A stretch of DNA of 64,000 nt from Myxococcota bacterium (GTDB lineage Bacteria; Myxococcota_A; UBA796; UBA9615; JAKLKC01), in the NCBI GenBank assembly GCA_023150875.1, contig JAKLKC010000024.1, positions 9,119 to 73,118 of the forward strand, in the 5' to 3' direction. A program made the translations under genes and the position numbers. The notes beneath the pieces were generated by a model. That model saw only the letters and a list, made by a program, of their open reading frames with translations. It did no database searches and was not told the DNA's origin. Shown piece after piece: positions 25,023 through 33,666 of the stretch. The first letter of the stretch is position 1; every line of letters starts with the position of its first letter.

Positions 25023-26785
25023 CCGCCCGGATCCGCAGGGGGGCGCATCGCGCGGCCGCCCCGGGAGCCCCGGGGACGCGGACCGATCCGGGTGGCGCGG
25101 CGCGGCCGCCCCCCGCGGGGCCCGCCCCGGGGAACGCACCCTCGGGGACCCTGCTGGGCCGCGGACTCGCCATCCTCGTCGTGGCGGCCTGGATCTGGCT
25201 CTCGATGACCCAGGTGCCCGCCCTGCGGGCCTGGGAGAGCACCCGGTCCTGGGGGTGGACGGCCTTGGGCCTCCTCTGGCGCACCGCCACGGGCGAGCCG
25301 GTGGTCGTCCATTCCGATCTCCCCCTCGGAGTGCTCGCCGCCGCGGAGGCCGCGGTGATCGCCGCGATCCTCTTCGCGGCCGCCGTGGCGCGGGAGGCGT
25401 CCCCCGCGTGGCGACTCGCGTGCCTGGTCACCTGGGCGCAGATCTTCCCGTATCTCCCCGCGATCCTCGAGCTGTCGGGCCTCTGGCTCGCCCTGCCCGC
25501 GGCCGGGGCCATTCCCATGCTGGTGGCGGCGAAGGGACGGCGCCCCCTCGGGCCGGCGGCGATGGTCCTGGTGGAACTCGGCTGGGTTCCCGCGTTCTTC
25601 CCCTTGGCGCTCTTCACCGGAGTCATCCTCCACGTCGCGCCGCGGGTGGTGCTGGTGGGCCTGCCGGGGTGCATGGCCCTCGCCGCGGCCGTGGCGTGGG
25701 GCACCCCCCGCTGGTTGGGGATCCGCCGGCCATGGCCCAGCCTCCGCCCCGCCGTGTCGGTCCTCGTCAGCGGGTTCGCGTGGGCCTACGTGGGCGGCTC
25801 GCGCCTGGGCGCCTGGCACGAGGCGACGGAGGCCGGCCCGCGCTGCCAGGAGGTGAGACGGGGGCAACCCGGGCTGAGATGGTACGACACGCCCCCCGGC
25901 CCCCCGCTGTGGTCGGCGGTCCCGGTCCCGGGCGGAGCGCTGGCCGTGGGGGACGGGTTCGCCGTCCTCGCTCAGGACGCCGGCGGTCCGCCGGAGAGGG
26001 TCGAGATCCCGGGCTGCACCCATCCGGAGTACCTCGCCCCGGCCCGCCCCTCGGGCTTCTGGACGGTGTGCGCGATGCGCCGCGCCGTCCGCCTCGAGTC
26101 CTCCCCGCTTCGGGTCGTCGAGGACCTGGAGCTCCCTGGCCCCGTCGCCGAGACGCGGGGGGTGGTGGATTGGGGACGGCACGGGTTGCTGGTGTCGACC
26201 ACCGGGGTGTCCGCCCTGCTCGCCCGCGACCGTGCCCACACCTGGCCCTGGAGGCAGGGGGTCGCCAACATCCCCGTGGACCTCGGCGAGCGCCTGGCCC
26301 TGCTCACCTTCCGCAACGTCATCGAGCTGGACGCCTCCCTGGGGGCCCGGAGGAACGCCACGGTCCCGACCGCGATGTTCACCAACGCCGCCCCCGCCGG
26401 CGGCGCGGCGGGGCTCTGGATCGGGGACGCGGCGCGCCAGGGACTCCACCGGTTCTCGACGGAGGCGTGGCGCGTGGAGGGCTTCGTCCCCCTGGGCTTC
26501 CCGCCCCGCCACGTCGTGTCCGACGACGCCGGCCGCGCCGCCGCCGTGGACCACATGAGCGGCGCGATGGCGCTGGTGGACCCGGAGCGCGGAGTGTATG
26601 CCCGCGCCGACGTCGGCCCCCGGGCGCGGAACCTCGCGTGGGCGGGGGACGGGAGCCGGATCGTGGGGGTGTCGTCGTGTGGCGTCTACGCGATCCACCC
26701 GCCGGCCACCGCCGGCCCCGGTGGCCGGGGGCACGCGCCCTCACCCGAGGAAGCGTCGCTCCCCGATGGTCCGCAGCATCCGTAG
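25019..26785 (+). CDS. Membrane protein with a C-terminal beta-rich (propeller-like) domain. Unknown function.
   Basis: GTG overlaps the upstream stop (GTGA). Several TM helices (ILVVAAWIWLSM, VIAAILFAAAVA, LWLALPAAGAIPMLVAA...). The start is uncertain. Confidence 0.45.
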   Translation: MTARIRRGAHRAAAPGAPGTRTDPGGAARPPPAGPAPGNAPSGTLLGRGLAILVVAAWIWLSMTQVPALRAWESTRSWGWTALGLLWRTATGEPVVVHSDLPLGVLAAAEAAVIAAILFAAAVAREASPAWRLACLVTWAQIFPYLPAILELSGLWLALPAAGAIPMLVAAKGRRPLGPAAMVLVELGWVPAFFPLALFTGVILHVAPRVVLVGLPGCMALAAAVAWGTPRWLGIRRPWPSLRPAVSVLVSGFAWAYVGGSRLGAWHEATEAGPRCQEVRRGQPGLRWYDTPPGPPLWSAVPVPGGALAVGDGFAVLAQDAGGPPERVEIPGCTHPEYLAPARPSGFWTVCAMRRAVRLESSPLRVVEDLELPGPVAETRGVVDWGRHGLLVSTTGVSALLARDRAHTWPWRQGVANIPVDLGERLALLTFRNVIELDASLGARRNATVPTAMFTNAAPAGGAAGLWIGDAARQGLHRFSTEAWRVEGFVPLGFPPRHVVSDDAGRAAAVDHMSGAMALVDPERGVYARADVGPRARNLAWAGDGSRIVGVSSCGVYAIHPPATAGPGGRGHAPSPEEASLPDGPQHP

Positions 26786-28276
26786 GGCGGTGCGGGCGAG
26801 GTGGCCGTAGCCCGCCGAGTGCTTGGAGCGCCCCCCGATCCGCGGAGCGTAGTGGACCGGCACCTCCGCCAGGCGGTGCCGCGCCCTCAGGACCTCGATC
26901 ATCATCTCGGGCGAGAACTCCGGGCCCACGCCCCGGACGCGGCCCCGGACCTCCAGCCAGACGTCCCGCCAGAGGGCCCGGTACGTGCAGCCCACGTCCG
27001 TCAGGCGCGTCCCGCTCCCCTCGCGCCGCCACAGCGCCCCCAGGAGCCCGGCGACGGCCACGTTCGCCCACCGTTGGGGCGGGTCCATGCGGGCGCCTTC
27101 CTCGATCATCGGGGGCGCGGTCCTGGTGCCCACCACCATGTCGGCGTCCTTGAGGGCCTCGAGGAGGCGTCCGAGGTCACGGGCCCGGAAGGTCCCGTCC
27201 GCCTCGGTGACGATCAAGACCTCCCCGCCGGCGTGATCGAGGCCGTGGGCGATGGCCGCGCCGTAGCCGCCCGGACTCCGGGTGAGGACCCGGGCCCCTG
27301 CCGCCTCGGCCTCCCGCGCCGTCGCGTCGCGGCTCCCGCCGTCCACCACCAGCACCTCGTCCACCCACGGGCGGAACTCCCGCACCACGAAGGCGACGCT
27401 GTCCGCCTCCTCGTAGGCAGGAATGACCAGCGAGCGCCGGCAGGTCGGGAAGGAGGCGGTCCTCACCACCGACCTCGCGGCGCGCAGGTCCTCGATCCGG
27501 TTCACGTTGACGTACTCCCCCCGCAGCTCGAAGGGCAGGACCGTCCCGCCGTCCCTTGCCAGGCGGTCCAGGGCGTCGGTGAGCTCCCGCCTGCCCGTCC
27601 GCCGGGACGGCGGCGTCCGGCGGAGGGCGTCGAAGACGGCGGGGCCGATCAGGTAGGTTCCGGTGCCCATCCACGGGCCGTCCACCCGCTCGGGGCGCTC
27701 CTCCAGCCCCACCAGGGCTCCGTCCCGCGGGGTGACGGAGCAGGTGCGGGCGATCACCCGCGGATCGGGCTCGCGCCGCACCCCCACCACGGCGTCGGCG
27801 CGCCGGGAGGCGGCCAGGGCCGGCAGCTCGGCGTGGTTGGACCCGTGGTAGACTTCGTCGCCCAGGAGGAGCACGAAGGGCGTGGGCACCTCCCCCTCCA
27901 CCCGGGCGATGCCGTCGCCCAGGCCCTTCTCGGGCGAGGGGTTGTGAAGGTATCGGACCCGGACCCCGAAGCGCTCCCCGTCCCCGAGCCAGCGTCGCAC
28001 CGCCTCGCCGAGGCGGCCGACGAGCACCACCACCTCCTCGATCCCGAGGTCTTCCCTCGCCATGCGGACCAGGCGCCCGAGGATGGGCTCGCCCGCGATG
28101 GGAAGGAGGCACTTCGGAGTGGTGGCGGTGAGCGGGAGGAGCCGCGTGCCGTGTCCCGCTGCGGCGATCACCGCGGTCCGTGGGGATCCGGGGCTTCCCA
28201 CGATTCGAAGGGGCCTCCTGTGCCGCCGGCCGCGCGCCGGGCGGGCAGGATAGCCCAGGTCCCCGGCGAGAGCCAT
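26741..28276 (-). CDS. Bifunctional sugar-phosphate nucleotidyltransferase / family-2 glycosyltransferase fusion.
   Basis: The N-terminus AVIAAAGHGTRLLPLTATTPKCLLPIAGEPIL is the NTP-transferase G-x-G-T-R motif. The C-terminus SLVIPAYEEADSV...VVDGGSRDATAREAE...VTEADGTF is GT2/DPM-synthase-like. Start ATG at 28276; the alternative is 28339. Confidence 0.75.
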   Translation of the reverse strand: MALAGDLGYPARPARGRRHRRPLRIVGSPGSPRTAVIAAAGHGTRLLPLTATTPKCLLPIAGEPILGRLVRMAREDLGIEEVVVLVGRLGEAVRRWLGDGERFGVRVRYLHNPSPEKGLGDGIARVEGEVPTPFVLLLGDEVYHGSNHAELPALAASRRADAVVGVRREPDPRVIARTCSVTPRDGALVGLEERPERVDGPWMGTGTYLIGPAVFDALRRTPPSRRTGRRELTDALDRLARDGGTVLPFELRGEYVNVNRIEDLRAARSVVRTASFPTCRRSLVIPAYEEADSVAFVVREFRPWVDEVLVVDGGSRDATAREAEAAGARVLTRSPGGYGAAIAHGLDHAGGEVLIVTEADGTFRARDLGRLLEALKDADMVVGTRTAPPMIEEGARMDPPQRWANVAVAGLLGALWRREGSGTRLTDVGCTYRALWRDVWLEVRGRVRGVGPEFSPEMMIEVLRARHRLAEVPVHYAPRIGGRSKHSAGYGHLARTALRMLRTIGERRFLG

Positions 28277-30327
28277 GGCGACCGGGGCGGAGGCGCTCGG
28301 ACGTGACCCCCTCCGCCCGCCCGTCCAAGGCCGCCCCACCGCGTTCCGCGCCCGACGGGCCTGCCCCGTGGCCCTGGGTGCTCGTGGTGGAGGCGGTGGT
28401 GGTGGGCGCCGTGCTGTCGAGCCGCACCAGTCCCGTGGGCAAGCTGCTGATGCTGGTCCTCTTCCACGCTCCCTGGCTCGGCTGGCCGATCTGGGTGGCG
28501 GCGGCGCGGAGGGTGGGGCTGTCGGCGAGGGCCACGGGCGCGGCGGTGCTCCTCCAAGGACTGGCGGCAGTGGCCGCGGCGCTCCTGGTCAGCGGCGTCC
28601 TTGCCTGCCTGCTGCGCTGGCCCGCCCCGGAGTCGGGGGCGCGGGCGACCCTGGCCCTGCTGCACCTGCTGGCCGGGCTCACCCTCGCGCTGCCCCTGGC
28701 CCTGTACCTGGGCCCCCACGTACGGGCGACGTGGACCCCGGGCCGCCTCCTCCACGTCGTGGCCGGGGGGACGGCGGCCGTCGCGGCGCTGCTGTGCGTC
28801 GCCACGGGCATGCTCCTGGTGGACGCGCTGCCCGCCCGGGTCGCCCCCTCGCCGGAGCACGCCGCCCTGGCGCGATCCCTCTGGCGCTTCCCCCGGGCGC
28901 CCCTCCTCGTGGTCCACGTCGCCGCGTCGGCGGCGGCCGTCTCCGTGGCCGCCGCCCACGTCGTCCGGGCGGTCCGCACGGGTCGCCGCTTCCCCGCCCT
29001 CGCCGCCGCCCCCCTCCGCCTCTTCGGATCGGGGCCCCGCGCCGGGGCCGCCGCGGGGATCGCCCTGGCCCTCGCGGCGGTGGCCTGGGGTGCCTCCCTG
29101 GACGCCGCCCCGCCACCCCCCGCCACCCCCCGCTCCGGCGGCCCGCTCCCGGCCGCCCTCGCCCGCCCCGCCGAGGGCTGCGCCTTCGCTGGGGGGTGCC
29201 ACGCCGTGGCGGTGGAGCAGTGGAGGACCTCCCCCCACGCCCGCTCTGGCGTCTCCCCCTTCCTGGAGGACGCCCGCTCCCTGCGGGTGGCCGAGGCGGG
29301 GACCGAGGGCGGACGCACCTGCCACACCTGCCACGCCCCCCTGGCGCGCCTGGGGCCGGCCCCGGAGGGGGTCGCCGATCCCCGGGTGGCCCGGGGCGTG
29401 GACTGCCTCGGCTGCCACTCCCTGCACCCCGGCCCGGAGGCCGCCGACGGCGACTACGCCCTGGCGCCTCCGCGGCCCTACCCCTTCGAGGGCTCCCCGG
29501 AGGAGGGGCTCCGGGCGACCCTGCGGTACCTGGCCGTGGCGGTGGCCCCGGAGCGCCACGCCGCGGACCTCGGGGGGCCGAGGCTCCGGGAGGCGGCCCT
29601 GTGCGCCTCGTGCCACCAGCAGCACACCGGGATCGACGGCGCGGTGCGGGGCCAGGACGCGCCCGCCTCCCTGGCGGCGGGCCCCGGGGCGGGGGCCGGC
29701 TGTGTCGGTTGCCACATGCCCGTCGTGGAGACCCGGGACCTGCTGGCGGTGGACGGCAGGATGCACCACCACGGGCTGGTGGCGGCGGAGCCGGACCTGG
29801 GTGCCTTGCTCCAGGGGGGGCAGGATGCGGAGCCGGGGATGCTGCCCGGGCGCGCCCGGCTGAGCTGGGCGGGGGAGGGCCCCGGGGCCGCCGGGTCCCG
29901 GGAGCTGCACTTCGAGGTGGAGGCGACGGGCACGGGGCACGCCTTCCCCGGCGGGACCCTGGACCAGGCCCGGCTGGACCTGGTGGTCCGGGACGCCCGG
30001 GGCGCCGAGGTGGGCCGGTCCCGGGTCGCCGGGGTCCGCCTCGTGGACGCCTCGGGCGCCCCCCTCCTCCGTCACCAGACCTGGCGCGCCGCCCGGGCGA
30101 TCCCCACCGGCGCCGCCCCGGAAGGCCCCCTCCTCCCCGCCCGCCCGGTGCGGGTGCGCGTGGCCGTGCCCGCCTCGTCCTCGCCCCAGACGGCGACCCT
30201 CCTCTACTCCGCTCGCCCCGCGGCCCTCTGGACGGCGGTGGTGGGGGAGGGGGCCCCCGCGGAGGTGGAGGTCGCGTCCGTGGCCGTGCCTCCCGCGGCA
30301 CCGTCGCCCGCGTCACCGGGGGGGTGA
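28180..30327 (+). CDS. Membrane-anchored multiheme c-type cytochrome (4 CxxCH).
   Basis: Heme-binding motifs CHTCH, CLGCH, CASCH, CVGCH. Several N-terminal TM helices. The start is uncertain; the real start is likely an internal codon between 28300 and 28450. The 3' end overlaps a convergent gene. Confidence 0.5.
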   Translation: MGIRGFPRFEGASCAAGRAPGGQDSPGPRREPWRPGRRRSDVTPSARPSKAAPPRSAPDGPAPWPWVLVVEAVVVGAVLSSRTSPVGKLLMLVLFHAPWLGWPIWVAAARRVGLSARATGAAVLLQGLAAVAAALLVSGVLACLLRWPAPESGARATLALLHLLAGLTLALPLALYLGPHVRATWTPGRLLHVVAGGTAAVAALLCVATGMLLVDALPARVAPSPEHAALARSLWRFPRAPLLVVHVAASAAAVSVAAAHVVRAVRTGRRFPALAAAPLRLFGSGPRAGAAAGIALALAAVAWGASLDAAPPPPATPRSGGPLPAALARPAEGCAFAGGCHAVAVEQWRTSPHARSGVSPFLEDARSLRVAEAGTEGGRTCHTCHAPLARLGPAPEGVADPRVARGVDCLGCHSLHPGPEAADGDYALAPPRPYPFEGSPEEGLRATLRYLAVAVAPERHAADLGGPRLREAALCASCHQQHTGIDGAVRGQDAPASLAAGPGAGAGCVGCHMPVVETRDLLAVDGRMHHHGLVAAEPDLGALLQGGQDAEPGMLPGRARLSWAGEGPGAAGSRELHFEVEATGTGHAFPGGTLDQARLDLVVRDARGAEVGRSRVAGVRLVDASGAPLLRHQTWRAARAIPTGAAPEGPLLPARPVRVRVAVPASSSPQTATLLYSARPAALWTAVVGEGAPAEVEVASVAVPPAAPSPASPGG

Positions 30328-32069
30328 GGCGGGATCGGCACGCCCCCCTCCACCCGGTAGACTTCGTAACCGCCGCGGCCGCCGGGCTCGGGGAAGCGGC
30401 GCTCCAGGACCAGCGAGAGTCCCTCTCCGTCGACCAGGTCGGTGAAGCGGGTGAACCACGGGTCCGGGCCGTCCGCGACGGGGGCCAGCAGGTCGGTCTG
30501 GACCTTGCGGACGTACAGGGCCTCGGGATCGGCGAAGGTGGGGCGGAAGTAAGCGTCCCGGTCCAGCTCCCGCACCGAGAAGTCGGCGCCGTAGGGGTTG
30601 CGGACCCGGACCCGGCCCTCGGTGTAGTACAGGGCGTTGAAGTAGGGCTGGGGCTGGAGGGCGTGGGGGCGGTGGTGGCCCCCGGCGTCCAGCCAGTGGG
30701 CCAGCGCGTACGACGTGTCGCTCATCAGCCGCGGGCCCCCCGTCCGGGCAAGGGCCGCCGCCCACGCCAGGTCGAAGCGGGCCGCCAGCGCCAGCCAGAG
30801 ACCGATGGACGCCACCGCCAGGGCCCGGCCGGTGCTCCGACGGCCCACATGCAGGGCCGCCGCGGCGATGGCCAGGTGTGGGAAGGGGTAGACCATCGCC
30901 ATGTGATGGGGGCCCAGGGAGGAGAGGGTGAAGGGGGTGCAGGCCCAGATCGCCGCCATCGCCCCCAGGACCGCCGCCGCCCGCCGCCGGTCCAGGCGAT
31001 CCGGCCGGGGCTCCCCCTCGCCGGCCTGCCCCGGGGTGGGGCGCGGCCCCAGGGCCACCGCCCCCAGCACCACGCACGCCGCGACGAACAGGGGAAGCCC
31101 CAGGGGGTTCCCCGGCAGCTCCAGCCCCGTGAAGATCCGCAGGAACGGGGCGAAGTCGAACAGCGAGACGGCCTGGGCGGTCCGCGTCCCCAGGTTCTCG
31201 GCCAAGGAGAGGGTGTCCACGCCGACATCGGTGCGGCCCAGGTTCCGTCGGACGAACTCGAAAGTACCCGCAGTGAGCAGGTTGTAGGCCAGGATCGGCC
31301 ATCCCCCGAGGGCCAGGCCCGCCCCCAGGGCGCTCCACCCCCGCCGCCCCCAACGCCGCCATCGCCCCGTCGCCGCCAGGCAGGCGCCCACCCCCAGCAG
31401 CGCCCAGGCGAAGATCAGGGAGTTGGTCAGGCCCAGCCCCAGCAGGGATCCCGCGGCCAGCAGCGCCGCCCGGGAGCCCGACGCGCGCTCCCGCTCGAAG
31501 GCCACCAGGGCCAGGAGGGCCATGGTCTGGAGGCGGAAGGGGATGGGGAGGGCCCGGGTCAGCACCTGGGTCATGGGGTCCACCGCCAGCAGGAGCGCGG
31601 CCAGGGCGGCGGTGCGGGGGCCCAGCCAGGACCGGGCGAAGGCGTAGGCCGCGGCGGCGTACACGCAGAGGTTCAGCAGCGAGAAGACCTTGAGGGCGAG
31701 GGGGGAGGCCGGCAGGGCCCCCACCGCCGCCCCCAGGACCATCACGTCCACCGCGTACTCCCGCAGGAAGACCATGAAGGGGTGGTAGGTGAGGACCCGG
31801 ACGCGGTCGCCGGAACGGAGCACCAGGATCCGGTCGGGGCCGACCCGCTCCAGGACGTGCCCGCCGGGGAGGTCCAGGACCGGGACCCCCTCCTCGCCCG
31901 GGTGGAGGTGCTCCAGGACGTCGCGGCCGGGGGCCAGGGCGTTCCAGACGACCTCGCCGTGGTACTCGCTCACCCCGCCGTGGGGCAGGGCGGGCAGGTG
32001 GGCCGCCGCCAGGGCCAGGGCCGCCACGAGGGAACCGAGGGCCGCGCTCCCCCTCCTCGCCCCCGTCAC
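30204..32069 (-). CDS. Polytopic membrane protein, GT-C fold glycosyltransferase-like (PMT_2/ArnT family-like).
   Basis: About 10 predicted TM helices in the N-terminal 400 aa are followed by a soluble C-domain. This architecture is typical of GT39/GT83-type enzymes. Family assignment is an inference. Confidence 0.5.
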   Translation of the reverse strand: MTGARRGSAALGSLVAALALAAAHLPALPHGGVSEYHGEVVWNALAPGRDVLEHLHPGEEGVPVLDLPGGHVLERVGPDRILVLRSGDRVRVLTYHPFMVFLREYAVDVMVLGAAVGALPASPLALKVFSLLNLCVYAAAAYAFARSWLGPRTAALAALLLAVDPMTQVLTRALPIPFRLQTMALLALVAFERERASGSRAALLAAGSLLGLGLTNSLIFAWALLGVGACLAATGRWRRWGRRGWSALGAGLALGGWPILAYNLLTAGTFEFVRRNLGRTDVGVDTLSLAENLGTRTAQAVSLFDFAPFLRIFTGLELPGNPLGLPLFVAACVVLGAVALGPRPTPGQAGEGEPRPDRLDRRRAAAVLGAMAAIWACTPFTLSSLGPHHMAMVYPFPHLAIAAAALHVGRRSTGRALAVASIGLWLALAARFDLAWAAALARTGGPRLMSDTSYALAHWLDAGGHHRPHALQPQPYFNALYYTEGRVRVRNPYGADFSVRELDRDAYFRPTFADPEALYVRKVQTDLLAPVADGPDPWFTRFTDLVDGEGLSLVLERRFPEPGGRGGYEVYRVEGGVPIPPHPPGDAGDGAAGGTATDATSTSAGAPSPTTAVQRAAGRAE

Positions 32070-32103
32070 CGGATCCCCCGCGGCCCGGGGCGCCGATCCC
32101 CCC

Positions 32104-33597
32104 TCACGCCGGGGCCGGGTCGCGGCCGAGGGAGCGGCGGATCCGGGGCCGGAGGTGGCCGTTCCAGATCGCGCTGCGGTAGCCGTCCAGCAGCGCCGCG
32201 CCCCCCTTGAGCAGCCGGCGCCTCGGGATCAGGTCCCCCCCCAGGTAGCGGGCGATGGTGCGGGGGCGCAGGTAGAACTCCATCATGCCCCGGCGCTGGA
32301 GGCGCACCAGCTCCGAGGCGGGGAGGCTCGCCCCCGACAGCAGGTGCTCGGTGTCGTTGAGGGTGGGATCGAACCAGCCCGAGTACTTCCAGGTGGGCTG
32401 GCCGGCCAGGCGATCGCGGTGCTCCTCCCACAGCGCCGTGCCGGGGTAGGGGACGCAGATGTTGAACTTGGCCATGTCGCAGTCCACGGCGCGGGCGAAG
32501 CGGATGGTGCGCTCCACCTGCTCGCGGGTCTCGCCGGGCATGCCGATCACGAACAGCCCGAAGGTGAGGATCCCCGCCTCGCGGCACCAGCGCACGGCGT
32601 CCAGGGCCTGCCGCGCCGCCGCCTTCTTCTGCATCAGGCCCAGCACCTCGTCGTCCCCGGACTCGATGCCGAGCTGCACGAAGCGGAGCCCCACCGAGTA
32701 CGCCTCCTTCAGCAGCTCCGGGTCCACCAGGTCCACCCGGGTCTCGGTGAACCAGGTGACCTTCTCGTGCAGGCCGCGGGCGCGCATCTCCGTCGCCAGG
32801 GCGTCGAGCTGCTTGCGACCGAACGGGAAGATCGCGTCGATGAAGCCGAAGACCCGGACCCCCCAGGTTCGGTGCGCCCAGTCCATCTCCTCCACCACCC
32901 GGCGCATGTCCCGCTTGCGGAGCTTCGGGTAGATGATGTCCTGGGAGCAGAACGAGCAGGCGTATGGGCACCCGCGGGAGGCCTGGATGGTGAACGCCTT
33001 GCCCTCCAGCACCCGGAAGCCCAGGGGCTCCGCCTGGTAGCTCTCGTCCACCAGCAGGTCCCAGGCCGGGAAGGGGAGCTGGTCCAGGTCCTCCAGGACG
33101 GGGCGGTCGGGGGCGTGGGCGATCCGGTCCCCGTCCCGGAACGTCAGGCCGGGGATCCCGTGCAGATCGCGGCCCTCCCGTAGGGCCCGGCACAGGTCGA
33201 GCGTCGCCAGCTCGCCTTCTCCCCGCACCACCGTGTCCGCCACCCCCGCGGCGACCAGCTCCCGGGCGAAGTAGGTGGCGTGGGCGTTTCCCAGGACCAC
33301 GTGGGCTCCGGGGAGCCGGGCCCGGAGCATCCCCACCGCGTCCTCGACGCTCTCCATGGCGAAGGTCAGGCACGAGAACCCGACCACGTCGGGCCTCCAC
33401 GCCTCCACCTCCGCGAGGAGCCGCTCGTTGTCCCAGCGGCGGGCGTACTGGTCGACGATCCCCACCTCGAACCCGTCCTGCCGGAGCACGCTGGCGATGT
33501 AGGCGAGCCCGGTGGGCGGGACCGCCACGGCGTACTTCCAGACCGTGCCGATCCGGCGCTGGGCGAGGGAGTTGGGGTTGACGAGCAGGACGCGCAT
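32104..33597 (-). CDS. B12-binding domain radical SAM enzyme.
   Basis: MRVLLVNPN...[17 protein letters not shown] is the N-terminal cobalamin-binding Rossmann region. [13 protein letters not shown] is the CxxxCxxC radical SAM cluster motif. Confidence 0.85.
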   Translation of the reverse strand: MRVLLVNPNSLAQRRIGTVWKYAVAVPPTGLAYIASVLRQDGFEVGIVDQYARRWDNERLLAEVEAWRPDVVGFSCLTFAMESVEDAVGMLRARLPGAHVVLGNAHATYFARELVAAGVADTVVRGEGELATLDLCRALREGRDLHGIPGLTFRDGDRIAHAPDRPVLEDLDQLPFPAWDLLVDESYQAEPLGFRVLEGKAFTIQASRGCPYACSFCSQDIIYPKLRKRDMRRVVEEMDWAHRTWGVRVFGFIDAIFPFGRKQLDALATEMRARGLHEKVTWFTETRVDLVDPELLKEAYSVGLRFVQLGIESGDDEVLGLMQKKAAARQALDAVRWCREAGILTFGLFVIGMPGETREQVERTIRFARAVDCDMAKFNICVPYPGTALWEEHRDRLAGQPTWKYSGWFDPTLNDTEHLLSGASLPASELVRLQRRGMMEFYLRPRTIARYLGGDLIPRRRLLKGGAALLDGYRSAIWNGHLRPRIRRSLGRDPAPA

Positions 33598-33666
33598 GAG
33601 GCTCCGCGCGGGCTCCCGCGGTGAGGGCGGCAGCGAGTATAGCCGAATGCCCCCGCTCCCCCGCGG

